From an uncultured Gemmatimonadaceae bacterium (GTDB taxonomy: Bacteria > Gemmatimonadota > Gemmatimonadetes > Gemmatimonadales > GWC2-71-9): 64,000 nucleotides of DNA. The notes under the pieces are model-generated. The model was not told the DNA's origin. It did no database searches and saw only the letters and a program-made list of their open reading frames with translations. This document shows, one piece after another, positions 1-8,711 of this stretch. The translations under genes were made by a program, and so were the position numbers. Within the stretch, counting starts at the first letter, position 1. Every line of letters begins with the position of its first letter. The stretch is from positions 989 to 64,988 of the forward strand of contig CAYYXP010000068.1 in the NCBI GenBank assembly GCA_964475685.1, given 5' to 3'.

Positions 1-144
1 GACGCGGGCAGGGCCTACCTGGAGGCGGGCAAGAAGGAAGAGGCCGCGACGGCCTACCGCACCCTGATCCAGAAACACCCCAAGTCGTCCAGCATGACCG
101 AGGCGCAGGTCCGGCTGGCCGAGCTGACGGGGGGCAAGATGTAG
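1..144 (+). CDS. C-terminal fragment of a TPR-repeat protein (gene begins upstream of the window)
   Basis: Frame 1 is open from base 1 to TAG at 142-144: DAGRAYLEAGKKEEAATAYRTLIQKHPKSSSMTEAQVRLAELTGGKM. The Ala/Tyr/Leu spacing is typical of a terminal TPR (YbgF/CpoB-like tails look similar). Only 47 aa are visible. Confidence 0.4.
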   Translation, partial: DAGRAYLEAGKKEEAATAYRTLIQKHPKSSSMTEAQVRLAELTGGKM

Positions 145-168
145 GGTGCCGAGCGGGATGCGGGCGGT

Positions 169-197
169 TTCTTGGTAACAGAGGAACGGCGTATAAG
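169..197 (+). promoter_or_regulatory. Candidate sigma70-type promoter (-35 TTCTTG, 17-bp spacer, -10 TATAAG) in the AT-rich island
   Basis: TTCTTG at 169-174, a 17-nt spacer, then TATAAG at 192-197, read directly. It sits in the only markedly AT-rich stretch of the window. Function is unproven. Confidence 0.2.
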
Positions 198-225
198 ATA
201 TGTTATGTTAAGCTGTCCTGGTGAT

Positions 226-244
226 AAGTGTGGAGAAGTGTGGA
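226..244. repeat. Perfect 9-bp direct repeat AAGTGTGGA x2 with a 10-bp period
   Basis: AAGTGTGGA at 226-234 and again at 236-244, separated by a single G, read directly from the sequence. Confidence 0.85.
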
Positions 245-334
245 TAGCCGCCCCCACCATTGTCCCTCACGAGCAGCCAATATATTGGAATTGAAGCGGA
301 TGGCCCTGAAGCGGTAGGCTGGTCGCCAGTGGTC

Positions 335-1153
335 TCAGGACTCCCAGACGGCCCGGAACACGAGCTTCCCCTGCCCGCCAAGCCAAACGTCGCGGGCACG
401 GGGTCCTCGAATATCGGCGCGCACGGCTAGTTCCGGCCCTCCCCGGGTTCGAAAGCTCATGGGGAACGCGGCCTCACTCCGGACCCCAAGGGCCACCGCC
501 GCTGCGGCAGTTCCGGTCCCGCACGCCAGCGTTTCACCTTCCACCCCGCGCTCGTAGGTCCGGATCAGCCAGGGACCACCCGGCGCCGGGGCGATGAAGT
601 TTACGTTGGCTCCCTCCGCCCCCAGCTCCGGTGCGAAGCGCAAGGCGCGCCCCCGTCCCATGACGTCCACGGCCTCGATGTCCTCTACCCGAACCACCAG
701 GTGCGGTACGCCGACCGTGCCGAAGTCGAGCCACCGCTCGCCGGATCCCGGCTCGAGCCCCGGGACGGCCACAGGCGTCTGGAAGTCCGGGAGGTTGATC
801 TCCGCCCCGTCCCCGGAGCCGCCGGCCCTGGCCGGAACGATGCCCGCATCCGTCAGGAGCCGCAGCTCGCCTCCGGGAACCATCTCGAGATACACCGAGA
901 GCCGCGCGCTGCAGAGCGCGGCGTTGCCGCACATGGCCGCCCGGGAGCCATCGGAATTCCAGTAGATCATCCGGACGGCATCCGGTCCCTCGGGCGTGAG
1001 AAGAACCAGCCCGTCGGCGCCCACCCCGGTCCGCCGGTCGCAGACCGCCGCGACCCGTTCGGGCGACAACTGTCCCGGATCCACGCAGCGCCCATCCAGC
1101 ATGACGAAGTCGTTGCCGGACCCGGTCATCTTGTAGATGACCGTTCCCTTCAC
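335..1153 (-). CDS. dapF: Diaminopimelate epimerase
   Basis: MTGSGNDFVMLDG plus both catalytic Cys motifs (AMCGNAALC, ACGTGTAAAAVA). Start set at GTG 1153, a GTGA overlap with the upstream stop; ATG 1129 is the alternative. The extra 78 codons of ORF 335..1387 overlap the upstream gene. Confidence 0.9.
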   Translation of the reverse strand: MKGTVIYKMTGSGNDFVMLDGRCVDPGQLSPERVAAVCDRRTGVGADGLVLLTPEGPDAVRMIYWNSDGSRAAMCGNAALCSARLSVYLEMVPGGELRLLTDAGIVPARAGGSGDGAEINLPDFQTPVAVPGLEPGSGERWLDFGTVGVPHLVVRVEDIEAVDVMGRGRALRFAPELGAEGANVNFIAPAPGGPWLIRTYERGVEGETLACGTGTAAAAVALGVRSEAAFPMSFRTRGGPELAVRADIRGPRARDVWLGGQGKLVFRAVWES

Positions 1154-1869
1154 AGCCGCCCTCCGATCGACTTGATCCGCAGCCACCACACCATCCAGAT
1201 CGCCTCGCGCACGATGCGCTTGTTCATCTTGCTCTGGCCCTCCACCCGATCGGTGAACACGATCGGGATCTCGACGAGCCGGAATCCCTGCTTCCAGGAC
1301 CGGAAGCTCATCTCGATCTGGAAGGAGTAGCCGTTGGAGCGAACTCGCGAGAAGTCGATGGATTCGAGTACTCGCCTGCGAAAGCACTTGAACCCGCCGG
1401 TGGAGTCGGTCAGCGGCAACCCGGTGATGCGCCGGGCGTATTCGTTCGCACCGAGGGAGAGGAGCAGCCGGGAGATGGGCCAGTTGATGACGTTGACTCC
1501 GGCCCGATAGCGGGAACCGACCACCAGATCGGCGCGCTCGATCGCTTGGAGAAATTCGGGGAGATACTTGGGATCGTGACTGAAATCAGCGTCCATCTCG
1601 AAGATGTAGTCGTAGTCGCGCTCGAGCGCCCACCGAAATCCCGCCAGGTACGCCTTGCCCAGTCCCTCCTTCGCGGGGCGATGCAGCGCATGAACCCGTG
1701 GGTCGGCGGCGGCCATCTCATCGGCCAGCCTGCCGGTGCCATCTGGAGAGTTGTCATCGACCACGAGTACCTCCAGCCGGAGGTCCTGCTGGAGGATCTG
1801 GGGCACTATGAGAGGGAGATTGACCCGCTCGTTGTACGTCGGCACCACGACGAGCGCGCGTTCAATCAC
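1150..1869 (-). CDS. GT2 polyprenol-phosphate mannose/glycose synthase (DPM1/Ppm1-like, soluble)
   Basis: 239 aa. GT-A signature VVVPTYNERVNL...VVDDNSPDGT...EMDADFSHDP, with full-length resemblance to dolichyl/polyprenyl-phosphate mannosyltransferases. No TM helix. Confidence 0.8.
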   Translation of the reverse strand: MIERALVVVPTYNERVNLPLIVPQILQQDLRLEVLVVDDNSPDGTGRLADEMAAADPRVHALHRPAKEGLGKAYLAGFRWALERDYDYIFEMDADFSHDPKYLPEFLQAIERADLVVGSRYRAGVNVINWPISRLLLSLGANEYARRITGLPLTDSTGGFKCFRRRVLESIDFSRVRSNGYSFQIEMSFRSWKQGFRLVEIPIVFTDRVEGQSKMNKRIVREAIWMVWWLRIKSIGGRL

Positions 1870-4204
1870 GCTGGATCCTCCCCTGCCAGAACGGAGCGGT
1901 CGAAAGCAGCACCGCGGCCAGCAGTGCCAGGAGCGTGATGGCTTTGCCGCGCTCGTACGCGGAGGAAGTGAAGCGAAAGGTGACCTCCCGGGCCCCCGGC
2001 GGCAGGGCGACGCTCAGGAAGGTGTGATCGGCGCGGAGGAGTGGTGCCGGCTTGCCGTCCACCTTGGCGTGCCAATCAGGATACCAGTTTTCCGACACCA
2101 GTAGGTAGGCGGTGCTGTCGGAGTGCCCTGTCAGGCTCACCCGCATCGCCCCCGGCGCCCAGTCGGCGAGGCTCGCGCGCACGGTCGAGGGGCCCGGCAT
2201 CCGGCCTGGCTGGATCGGTGTCGGAGTGACCGCGGTGGTATCGGCGTACAATGCGACGGCATCGACGGGAAAACGCGGATCGACTATCGTGGGCGGAATC
2301 TGGTCCTCGGGGAGCTTGGCCGCCCCCGATACTACGCGGACATACGGCGGGACGCTATCACTTTCCATGAGAATCCCCGGCGCGCCTGGCGTGGTCGTGA
2401 CCGGACCGAGCACCTGGTGAAAGCCCGGCACCGGCTGCGGCGAGGGGAGCAGAATGAACCGTACAGCCACGAGGTTGTGCAGGTTCGGGTTGCCGGCGTA
2501 CTTCCACTGGCCCTTCCCTCCGAGTAGCTCGTCATAGAAGCGGATCTCCTGGCCGTGGTACCCGAGCATCGTCTGGATGTCGTGCGCCATCAGGTAGGAC
2601 CCCTGGTAGACCCCGGCATCGAGAACCCGGAATGGCTTCGGCGTGGCACGGAGCCGCGTGGTGATCTCGTCATCGCGGTAGAGCTGGGCGGCCGGCTCGC
2701 GGAACTCGAAAAAGAGGCGGTCGATGCTCCAGAGATCGACGGCCACCGCGCCCGCCAGCGCCGCCGCCGCAAGGCCTCCCGAAAGCCGGCGAGCCGCGAT
2801 CAGCCCCAGGACCGCCCCCGCCGCGAGCACGACGAGGAGAAGCCGGAGCGCCCCGCCCTGCAGCGCGCCCGCGTTGGCCGCCACTCGCGAGGCCTGCTCC
2901 GGGCTCGCCAGCGCCGCCGCCACCGGCTGGAGCACGCCGATCGCTCCCAGCAGCCCCAGCCCGCCCAGGATGCCGAGCGGAATGGCGAGCGCGCGGGTCG
3001 AGAGCGGCCCGCGGGTCAAGCGGTCCGCGCCAAAGCCCGCGAAGACCGCGCAGGGCAGCGCCACCAGGAAGAAGCCCATCCCCGGAGCGCGCACCTTCTT
3101 CATCATCGGCATGACCTCGTACCACAGGCGATAGAAGGGGGTGTGTCCTCCGAACGAGATGAGGAGAAAGAGAATCGCGATGACGCCGAGGGCGCGGATG
3201 ATCCGGCGCCGTGTGGGGTCGCCGATGCCGAGTACGGCGAGCGTCACCACAATGGCGCCGAGATACTCGGTATGGGACTTGAAGAAATTGGTGCCCCAAT
3301 AGTTCTCGAGCACCCCGTTGAATTGGGGGAGCACCGTCGTGAGGAGCTCCACCGGCGGCATCGAGAAGGAGGTGGCGTATTGCCACCCGGTGCTGGGCCC
3401 GCCGGCGCCGCGCGGCGAATAGGGGATGTAGGCGAGGAACGGGAGGATCTGGATGGCCGCGATGCCGAGGCCGAGGATGACGGCTCCCAGGGCGAGCCCG
3501 AGCGGCACCGGCCATCGCGTGCCTGCCGGCCGCTCCGGGTCGAAGAACCCGAGATAGACCGTCCAGATCGCGGAGGCGACGAGGGCGTAATAGGCCATCT
3601 GGTACTGTGGGCTCAGCATGGCGAGCCCCACCGTGATCGCGAACATCCCGTAGCCGCTGAGGCGCCGGTGGCGAATGGCCCGGAGGAGGGCGAGGAGCAT
3701 CAGCGGAGCGAGAGCGGAGACGAAGAGCTTCCCATCGTGTCCGGGGTGGACGAGCGACGCGACGATGCCGGTCAGCTCGTACGCGAGGCCGCCGACCAGC
3801 GCTCCGGTCCAGCTCACCCGCAGGGCACGCAGGAACGCGTACATGGTCGCGCCCGCCAGGACGATGTGCGAGAAGAAGCCGAGATTCATCGCCGTGTCGG
3901 TGGGGAGGAACCAGCGGAGCCAGGCCGTGGGATAGAAGATGTCTCCGTGCATGGCGGCGATGTACGGCAGGCCTCCGAACAGATACGGGTTCCATTCCGG
4001 GATGCGTCCGGTCTGGCGGAACATTTCGGCGCCGAAGAGCCGGAACCCGTAGCCCGCCACGTACTGGTCGTCGCCCACGAGGAAGCGGCCGGCGAGCATG
4101 GGCCAGCAGAGCGAGGCGGCGGCAAGGAGGAACACCAGAACAGCCAGGAGGGCCGGGTGGCGCGGGGTGAACTCGTCGGACGAGGAGGGTTCAGGGTGCG
4201 ACAC
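1862..4204 (-). CDS. YfhO-family polytopic membrane protein (GT-C-like glycosyltransferase candidate)
   Basis: 780 aa, many TM helices followed by a soluble C-terminal domain and a last TM. The N-terminal pattern GDDQY...PEWNPYLFGGLPY...DIFYP matches YfhO-type proteins. Confidence 0.65.
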   Translation of the reverse strand: MSHPEPSSSDEFTPRHPALLAVLVFLLAAASLCWPMLAGRFLVGDDQYVAGYGFRLFGAEMFRQTGRIPEWNPYLFGGLPYIAAMHGDIFYPTAWLRWFLPTDTAMNLGFFSHIVLAGATMYAFLRALRVSWTGALVGGLAYELTGIVASLVHPGHDGKLFVSALAPLMLLALLRAIRHRRLSGYGMFAITVGLAMLSPQYQMAYYALVASAIWTVYLGFFDPERPAGTRWPVPLGLALGAVILGLGIAAIQILPFLAYIPYSPRGAGGPSTGWQYATSFSMPPVELLTTVLPQFNGVLENYWGTNFFKSHTEYLGAIVVTLAVLGIGDPTRRRIIRALGVIAILFLLISFGGHTPFYRLWYEVMPMMKKVRAPGMGFFLVALPCAVFAGFGADRLTRGPLSTRALAIPLGILGGLGLLGAIGVLQPVAAALASPEQASRVAANAGALQGGALRLLLVVLAAGAVLGLIAARRLSGGLAAAALAGAVAVDLWSIDRLFFEFREPAAQLYRDDEITTRLRATPKPFRVLDAGVYQGSYLMAHDIQTMLGYHGQEIRFYDELLGGKGQWKYAGNPNLHNLVAVRFILLPSPQPVPGFHQVLGPVTTTPGAPGILMESDSVPPYVRVVSGAAKLPEDQIPPTIVDPRFPVDAVALYADTTAVTPTPIQPGRMPGPSTVRASLADWAPGAMRVSLTGHSDSTAYLLVSENWYPDWHAKVDGKPAPLLRADHTFLSVALPPGAREVTFRFTSSAYERGKAITLLALLAAVLLSTAPFWQGRIQRD

Positions 4205-5159
4205 GCGCTCTACCCCGGGGGTATGCGAGGAACGGGGCGGCGGCGCCCACCTCGGTGACGGTCAGCAGCAGCCGTGAGGCGAGGGCGAGCACGGTGGCGG
4301 CCCCGATGCCGATCGGCCCCTGCAGCAGGAGAATGAACAGCCCTTCCCTGACGCCCAGACCCCCCGGAACCAGCAGCGCAAGAAATCCGGCGAGGTAGGA
4401 GGCGGTGAACACCGCGATCGCGACCAGGAGCGTGAGCCCGGAATCCGGAAGGATTCCCCGCGCGAGCAGCCAGAGGGAGACACCGTACCCCACCCAGGCG
4501 AGCAGGTTGGAGGCGATCCCGAAGACGATACCGCCCGCCGCCGGGGAGGTTTGTCCGCCGGAGTCGGGCCCGGCGAGGCGGAGAAGGCGACGCAGGACGG
4601 GCGGCCACAGGAGCAGGACGACACCGGTGACCGACGCGGCGACGAGCGCGAGGAGCGCCGCCCGAGCGCCCGGTCTGGCCGCCTCCAGTGCCCCCATCCC
4701 GGTGCACGCCGCCACCGCGGCGCCGGTGCCGACGGCCAGAGCCTGAAGGACGACCGCGGAGCCGGTGGCCGCCCACGGCGCAATGCCCGCCTCCTTCGAC
4801 ATCAGGGCCATGCCGGCCACTGCCCACACCTTGCCGGGGAGGTACTTCCCCAGGCTCGACACCGTCCAGATGCGGGCGGCTGTCCACCCATCCAGCCGCT
4901 GGCCCCACCCCTCCAGCATCCGGCGCCAGGCGACGATCAGGATGGCGTACATGAGCCAGACGACGAGACAACTCAGGAGGATCCATCCCGGCTGGAGGCG
5001 CAAGTCGAGTGGCTGGGTGCGGAGCTGTTCCCAGTTCCGGACCAGAGACCGGCCGGCGAACCACACAATGGCGAGCGAGGCTGTCCATCCGGCGGCCCTA
5101 ACCCAGAGGCTACGCACCCAGCGCCTCGTGGTACCACCCTTCGCAGACCTCGGCGACAT
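4191..5159 (-). CDS. UPF0104 / lysyl-PG-synthase-TM (flippase-like) membrane protein
   Basis: 322 aa, about 8 TM helices. SLGKYLPGKVW motif characteristic of the flippase-like domain family. GTG 5117 is an alternative start. Confidence 0.65.
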   Translation of the reverse strand: MSPRSAKGGTTRRWVRSLWVRAAGWTASLAIVWFAGRSLVRNWEQLRTQPLDLRLQPGWILLSCLVVWLMYAILIVAWRRMLEGWGQRLDGWTAARIWTVSSLGKYLPGKVWAVAGMALMSKEAGIAPWAATGSAVVLQALAVGTGAAVAACTGMGALEAARPGARAALLALVAASVTGVVLLLWPPVLRRLLRLAGPDSGGQTSPAAGGIVFGIASNLLAWVGYGVSLWLLARGILPDSGLTLLVAIAVFTASYLAGFLALLVPGGLGVREGLFILLLQGPIGIGAATVLALASRLLLTVTEVGAAAPFLAYPRGRARVAP

Positions 5160-6252
5160 GTTCGGGCGCCAGCCGGGCGCGCCACGATTCGCCGACCAGT
5201 CGGGTCAGCGCCTGGCGATCGGGATCGTGCAGGAGATCGAGGATCGCGTCGCTCATGGCCTCCGGTGAAGGCAACGTGAGCCGCCCGCCCCCCGCCTCGG
5301 GAACGATGTCCACGATGCCTCCCCCGTCCCAGCAGGCGACGACCGGCACGCCCGCCATCAGCGCTTCCGCTGCGGCAAGCCCGAAGCCCTCGCCCTGGGC
5401 GGGGAAGATCATGACGTCGGCGTGAGCGAGGTAGCCGGCGATGTCGGTGGGGGGGACCGCTCCCACGAACTGGACGAAGGGCGTGATACCGAGGCGGCCG
5501 ACCTGTCGCTCGAGAGCGGGACGCTCGGGGCCGTCGCCGACGATGGTGAGAGGGAGATCGTGCCCGCAGCTCGCGAGAAAGGCGATCGTCTCGATGGCGA
5601 GATTGACTCGCTTCTGGGCCACCAGCCGCGCGACGACCACGGCGCCTCCGCCTCCGCTGGTCCAGGGGTAAGCGGTCGTATCCACCGGCATCGGCTGGAT
5701 GTGGTCGGGTGAGACGAACCGGCCCACGCCGTTCTGAACCCATCCCGCGAGCTCGCGGGACACCGCGGTGACGACCCGGGCGCGCGCGAAGACCGGCCGG
5801 GCGAGCGTTCGCGCAATCCGGGATGTCCGGAGCAGCGCGGCATCGGTGCCGTGTACGGTGAGCACCATGGGCGCCTCCCGCGGCACCGCAAGTCCGGCGG
5901 GCACCCACCAGTGCGCGTGCACCAGATCGGCCCCGGCGTCCAACTCGCGCCGCGCCTCCTTCCGAAGGGCGCGCCAGAGTCCGGCGAGCGCTCGCCATCC
6001 GCGCGGCCCCCGCAGCGCCGACTGCATCGTTCCCCGGTACGCCACGATTTCCCCGCTGGCCGATGCGTAGCGCACTCGTCGTACGCTCACACCGTCCACC
6101 ACCTCTTCCCCGCCCCGGCCCTGGTCGCTGGGCGCCAGGACGCGCACCTCGACGCCGCGGCGCACGAGGGCGTTTGCGAGAATGCCGAGGAAGGCGCCCG
6201 ACAGGTCGCCCGGCCAGCGGGGGAAGTTGTGGGTCAGGAAGACGACCCGCAC
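5110..6252 (-). CDS. GT4-family (GT-B) glycosyltransferase
   Basis: 380 aa. N-terminus MRVVFLTHNFP, C-terminal donor-binding FPAQGEGFGLAAAEALMAGVPVV (E-x7-E). Confidence 0.8.
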   Translation of the reverse strand: MRVVFLTHNFPRWPGDLSGAFLGILANALVRRGVEVRVLAPSDQGRGGEEVVDGVSVRRVRYASASGEIVAYRGTMQSALRGPRGWRALAGLWRALRKEARRELDAGADLVHAHWWVPAGLAVPREAPMVLTVHGTDAALLRTSRIARTLARPVFARARVVTAVSRELAGWVQNGVGRFVSPDHIQPMPVDTTAYPWTSGGGGAVVVARLVAQKRVNLAIETIAFLASCGHDLPLTIVGDGPERPALERQVGRLGITPFVQFVGAVPPTDIAGYLAHADVMIFPAQGEGFGLAAAEALMAGVPVVACWDGGGIVDIVPEAGGGRLTLPSPEAMSDAILDLLHDPDRQALTRLVGESWRARLAPEHVAEVCEGWYHEALGA

Positions 6253-6255
6253 CGA

Positions 6256-7212
6256 TCAGTCCCGGGAATCGAGCTTGTCCAGCCGGGAGAGAGAACGGGC
6301 GATTGCCCGCGTCTCCTCCTGCAGGCTGGCCACCATTTCCCCGAGCAGGCCGAAGGCGAACAGCACGGTGCCGGAGATCACCATCGTCTCGACGAGGTTC
6401 AGCAGCGGCCGGAAGCCGAAATCGAAGGCGAACCGGAGCACCAGTGCGAGCACGCCCGCGAGAAGGCCGATCAGGAAGAGCACGGCGCCGGCGATGCCGA
6501 AGAAGAGCATCGGCTTCCGGCCGAACTTGAGCTGGAACCAGACGCTGAAGAGATCGAAAATGCCGACGGGAATCCGCCGCCAGTTGAACTTCGAGACACC
6601 GGCCCGCCGGGGGTACAACGGCACCGGCAGCGAAGTGAGGCGATAGCCGTCGGCGGCCGCGATGACCACCATGAACCGGTGCCAGTCGGGCCGGAGCGGG
6701 ACGCCCAGCATGACCTCGCGCCGGTAGGCTTTCACCGAGTTGAGATCGGTGACCGAGACCCCGAAGAGCCAACGGCAGAGGCGGTTGTATACCGTCGAAA
6801 CGAACGCCTTCTCGTACTTCCCCTGCTTGGTGCCGGTGACGATGTCCGCCCGATTCTCCAGGATCGGCGCCACCAGCGCGGGAATGTCGGCCGGGAGATA
6901 CTGCAGGTCGGCGGGATAGAACACGAAGATGTCGCCCCGGGCGACGTCGCCCGCGGAGCGGAGGGCGTCGGCGATGCCCCGCTGCCTCCGGTGACTCACC
7001 ACCCGGAGAAAGGGGTGGGCCCGGGCGAGATCGCGCAGGACGTCGGCGCTCTCGTCCCGGGAGCCGTCGTTCACGATCACGACTTCGAAGGTGAAGGGCG
7101 CGGGGCCCAGCGCCTCGGCGCAGAGCCGCACGAACTCGGGGAGGTTGACGGCCTCGTCCTTCGCCGGAACGAGGACGCTGACGTCCCGCGTCTCGGCGGC
7201 AGCGAGGCTCAT
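6256..7212 (-). CDS. Membrane-anchored GT2 polyprenyl-phosphate glycosyltransferase (GtrB/ArnC/CsbB architecture)
   Basis: 318 aa. The VLVPAKDEAVNL...IVNDGSRDES catalytic domain is followed by two C-terminal TM helices (MLFFGIAGAVLFLIGLLAGVLALVL; VISGTVLFAFGLLGEMV). Confidence 0.8.
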   Translation of the reverse strand: MSLAAAETRDVSVLVPAKDEAVNLPEFVRLCAEALGPAPFTFEVVIVNDGSRDESADVLRDLARAHPFLRVVSHRRQRGIADALRSAGDVARGDIFVFYPADLQYLPADIPALVAPILENRADIVTGTKQGKYEKAFVSTVYNRLCRWLFGVSVTDLNSVKAYRREVMLGVPLRPDWHRFMVVIAAADGYRLTSLPVPLYPRRAGVSKFNWRRIPVGIFDLFSVWFQLKFGRKPMLFFGIAGAVLFLIGLLAGVLALVLRFAFDFGFRPLLNLVETMVISGTVLFAFGLLGEMVASLQEETRAIARSLSRLDKLDSRD

Positions 7213-8711
7213 ACGCGCTTCCGCATGCGGGCCGGAAGAATGCCCAGCTGGTCGCGGTACTTGGCGACCGTCCGCCGGGCGATCTGGATTCCCTGTTCCT
7301 GGAAGAGGTGCACGATCTGCTGGTCGGTGAGCGGCTTGGCGCTGTCCTCGTCGGCCACCATCTTCTGCAGCTTGGCGCGGATCGAGCGCGCGCTGGCGTC
7401 CTCGCCGGAGGTGGTGGCGAGGGCGCTGGAGAAGAAGAACTTGAGCGGCAGCACGCCGCGCGGGGTCTGGACGTACTTCTCGTTGGTCACCCGGCTGACG
7501 GTGGACTCGTGCATGTTGATGACCTCGGCGACCTCCCGGAGGGTCAGCGGCCTGAGGTGCTCGATCCCCTTCTCGAAGTAATCACGCTGCCGGTCGACGA
7601 TGAAGTTCATCACCTTGAGCATCGTCTGGCGGCGCTGCTCGATGGCCTGAATCATCCAGTTGGCGCTGTTCATCTTCGACGCGATGAACTCGCGGTTCTC
7701 CGGCGTCATCTTCTTCTTGTCCCGCGCGATCTCCTGGTAGGAGCGGCTGAGCCGCAGCCGGGGCATTCCGGTGTCGTTGAGAAAGACCTGGTAGCGCTCG
7801 CCGATCTTCTCGACGATGAGATCGGGGAGGATGTAGCCGTCGCTCTGGGTCGAGTACTTGAGCCCCGGCTTGGGGTCGAGCCGGGCCAGCTCGTCGGCCG
7901 CCGCCTGGACCGCGACCGGCTCGACACCGAACCGCTTGGCCAGGTCGTTCCACCGGTGCGCGATCAGATCGGGGAACGCCTCGCTCACGAGACGGTAGGT
8001 CAGCGAGGTGGTATCGGCCTGCTCGCCGAGCTGGATGAGCAGGCACTCACGCAGGTCCCGGGCCCCGACGCCCGCCGGGTCGAGTCGCTGCAGCACGCGC
8101 AGTATGTCCTCGGCCTCGGGCATGGTGAAGAAGGACGGAGAGGACAAAGAGGACGGAAGGTCTCCGCCGTCTCCGTCCTCTCCATCCTCTCCGTCCTCTC
8201 CGCCCGGTTCATTCTCCAGGCGCCCGGCCACCAGCTGATTGACGGAGCCGAGGATCTCCTCCAGCGAGGCAGCGAGATAGCCCTCCTCGTTGACGTTGCC
8301 GAGAAACTCCTCGGCGAGCAGGAGCTGCCGGGGCGTCAGGGTGAGCATGTGCAACTGCTCGCGGAGGTGATCGATGAGGTCCTTGGTCTCGACCGTGACC
8401 GGCTCGATGTACTCCAGCTGCTCGTACTGCTCCCGGGTGCCGCCGACCTCGAAGCCGTTGAGAAGGATCTCCTCCCAGTCCATCTCCTCTTCCTTTTCCT
8501 TCTTCTCCTTCTCCTGCTCGGCGTCCTTCTGTTCCGGCGTCTCCTCCTCCGGCTCGAGCAGCTCCAGGAAGGGGTTGGCGAGGAGCTCCTGCTTGAGATG
8601 TTGCTGAAGGTCCATCATGGGCATGTACAGCATGTCCATCGCCTGGTAGAGCCTCGGGTTGACCCGGAGCTCCTGCCGGAGACTGATGTGCTGCGACAGC
8701 CCGGTTCTCAT
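7209..8711 (-). CDS. rpoN: RNA polymerase sigma-54 factor
   Basis: 500 aa. Region [28 protein letters not shown], an acidic region II, a C-terminal HTH and the RpoN box ARRTVAKYR. Confidence 0.95.
   Translation of the reverse strand: MRTGLSQHISLRQELRVNPRLYQAMDMLYMPMMDLQQHLKQELLANPFLELLEPEEETPEQKDAEQEKEKKEKEEEMDWEEILLNGFEVGGTREQYEQLEYIEPVTVETKDLIDHLREQLHMLTLTPRQLLLAEEFLGNVNEEGYLAASLEEILGSVNQLVAGRLENEPGGEDGEDGEDGDGGDLPSSLSSPSFFTMPEAEDILRVLQRLDPAGVGARDLRECLLIQLGEQADTTSLTYRLVSEAFPDLIAHRWNDLAKRFGVEPVAVQAAADELARLDPKPGLKYSTQSDGYILPDLIVEKIGERYQVFLNDTGMPRLRLSRSYQEIARDKKKMTPENREFIASKMNSANWMIQAIEQRRQTMLKVMNFIVDRQRDYFEKGIEHLRPLTLREVAEVINMHESTVSRVTNEKYVQTPRGVLPLKFFFSSALATTSGEDASARSIRAKLQKMVADEDSAKPLTDQQIVHLFQEQGIQIARRTVAKYRDQLGILPARMRKRV

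Noticed and set aside
205-294. Calling the 29-codon ORF MLSCPGDKCGEVWIAAPTIVPHEQPIYWN as a CDS feature
   Set aside because: It is too short to support from sequence alone. Its codon usage is unlike all other genes. The 10-bp phased repeat inside it is out of frame. It is reported only as a hypothesis within the island finding.
145-334. Known structured RNA (SRP/4.5S, 6S, tRNA, tmRNA fragment) in the AT-rich island
   Set aside because: GAGCAGCCAA at ~271-280 loosely recalls the SRP helix-8 AGCAGCC strand. However, the partner strand, the GNRA tetraloop and the closing helix are missing. There is no tRNA T-loop (GTTCGAATC-type) or acceptor pairing. I kept it only as an unclassified candidate.
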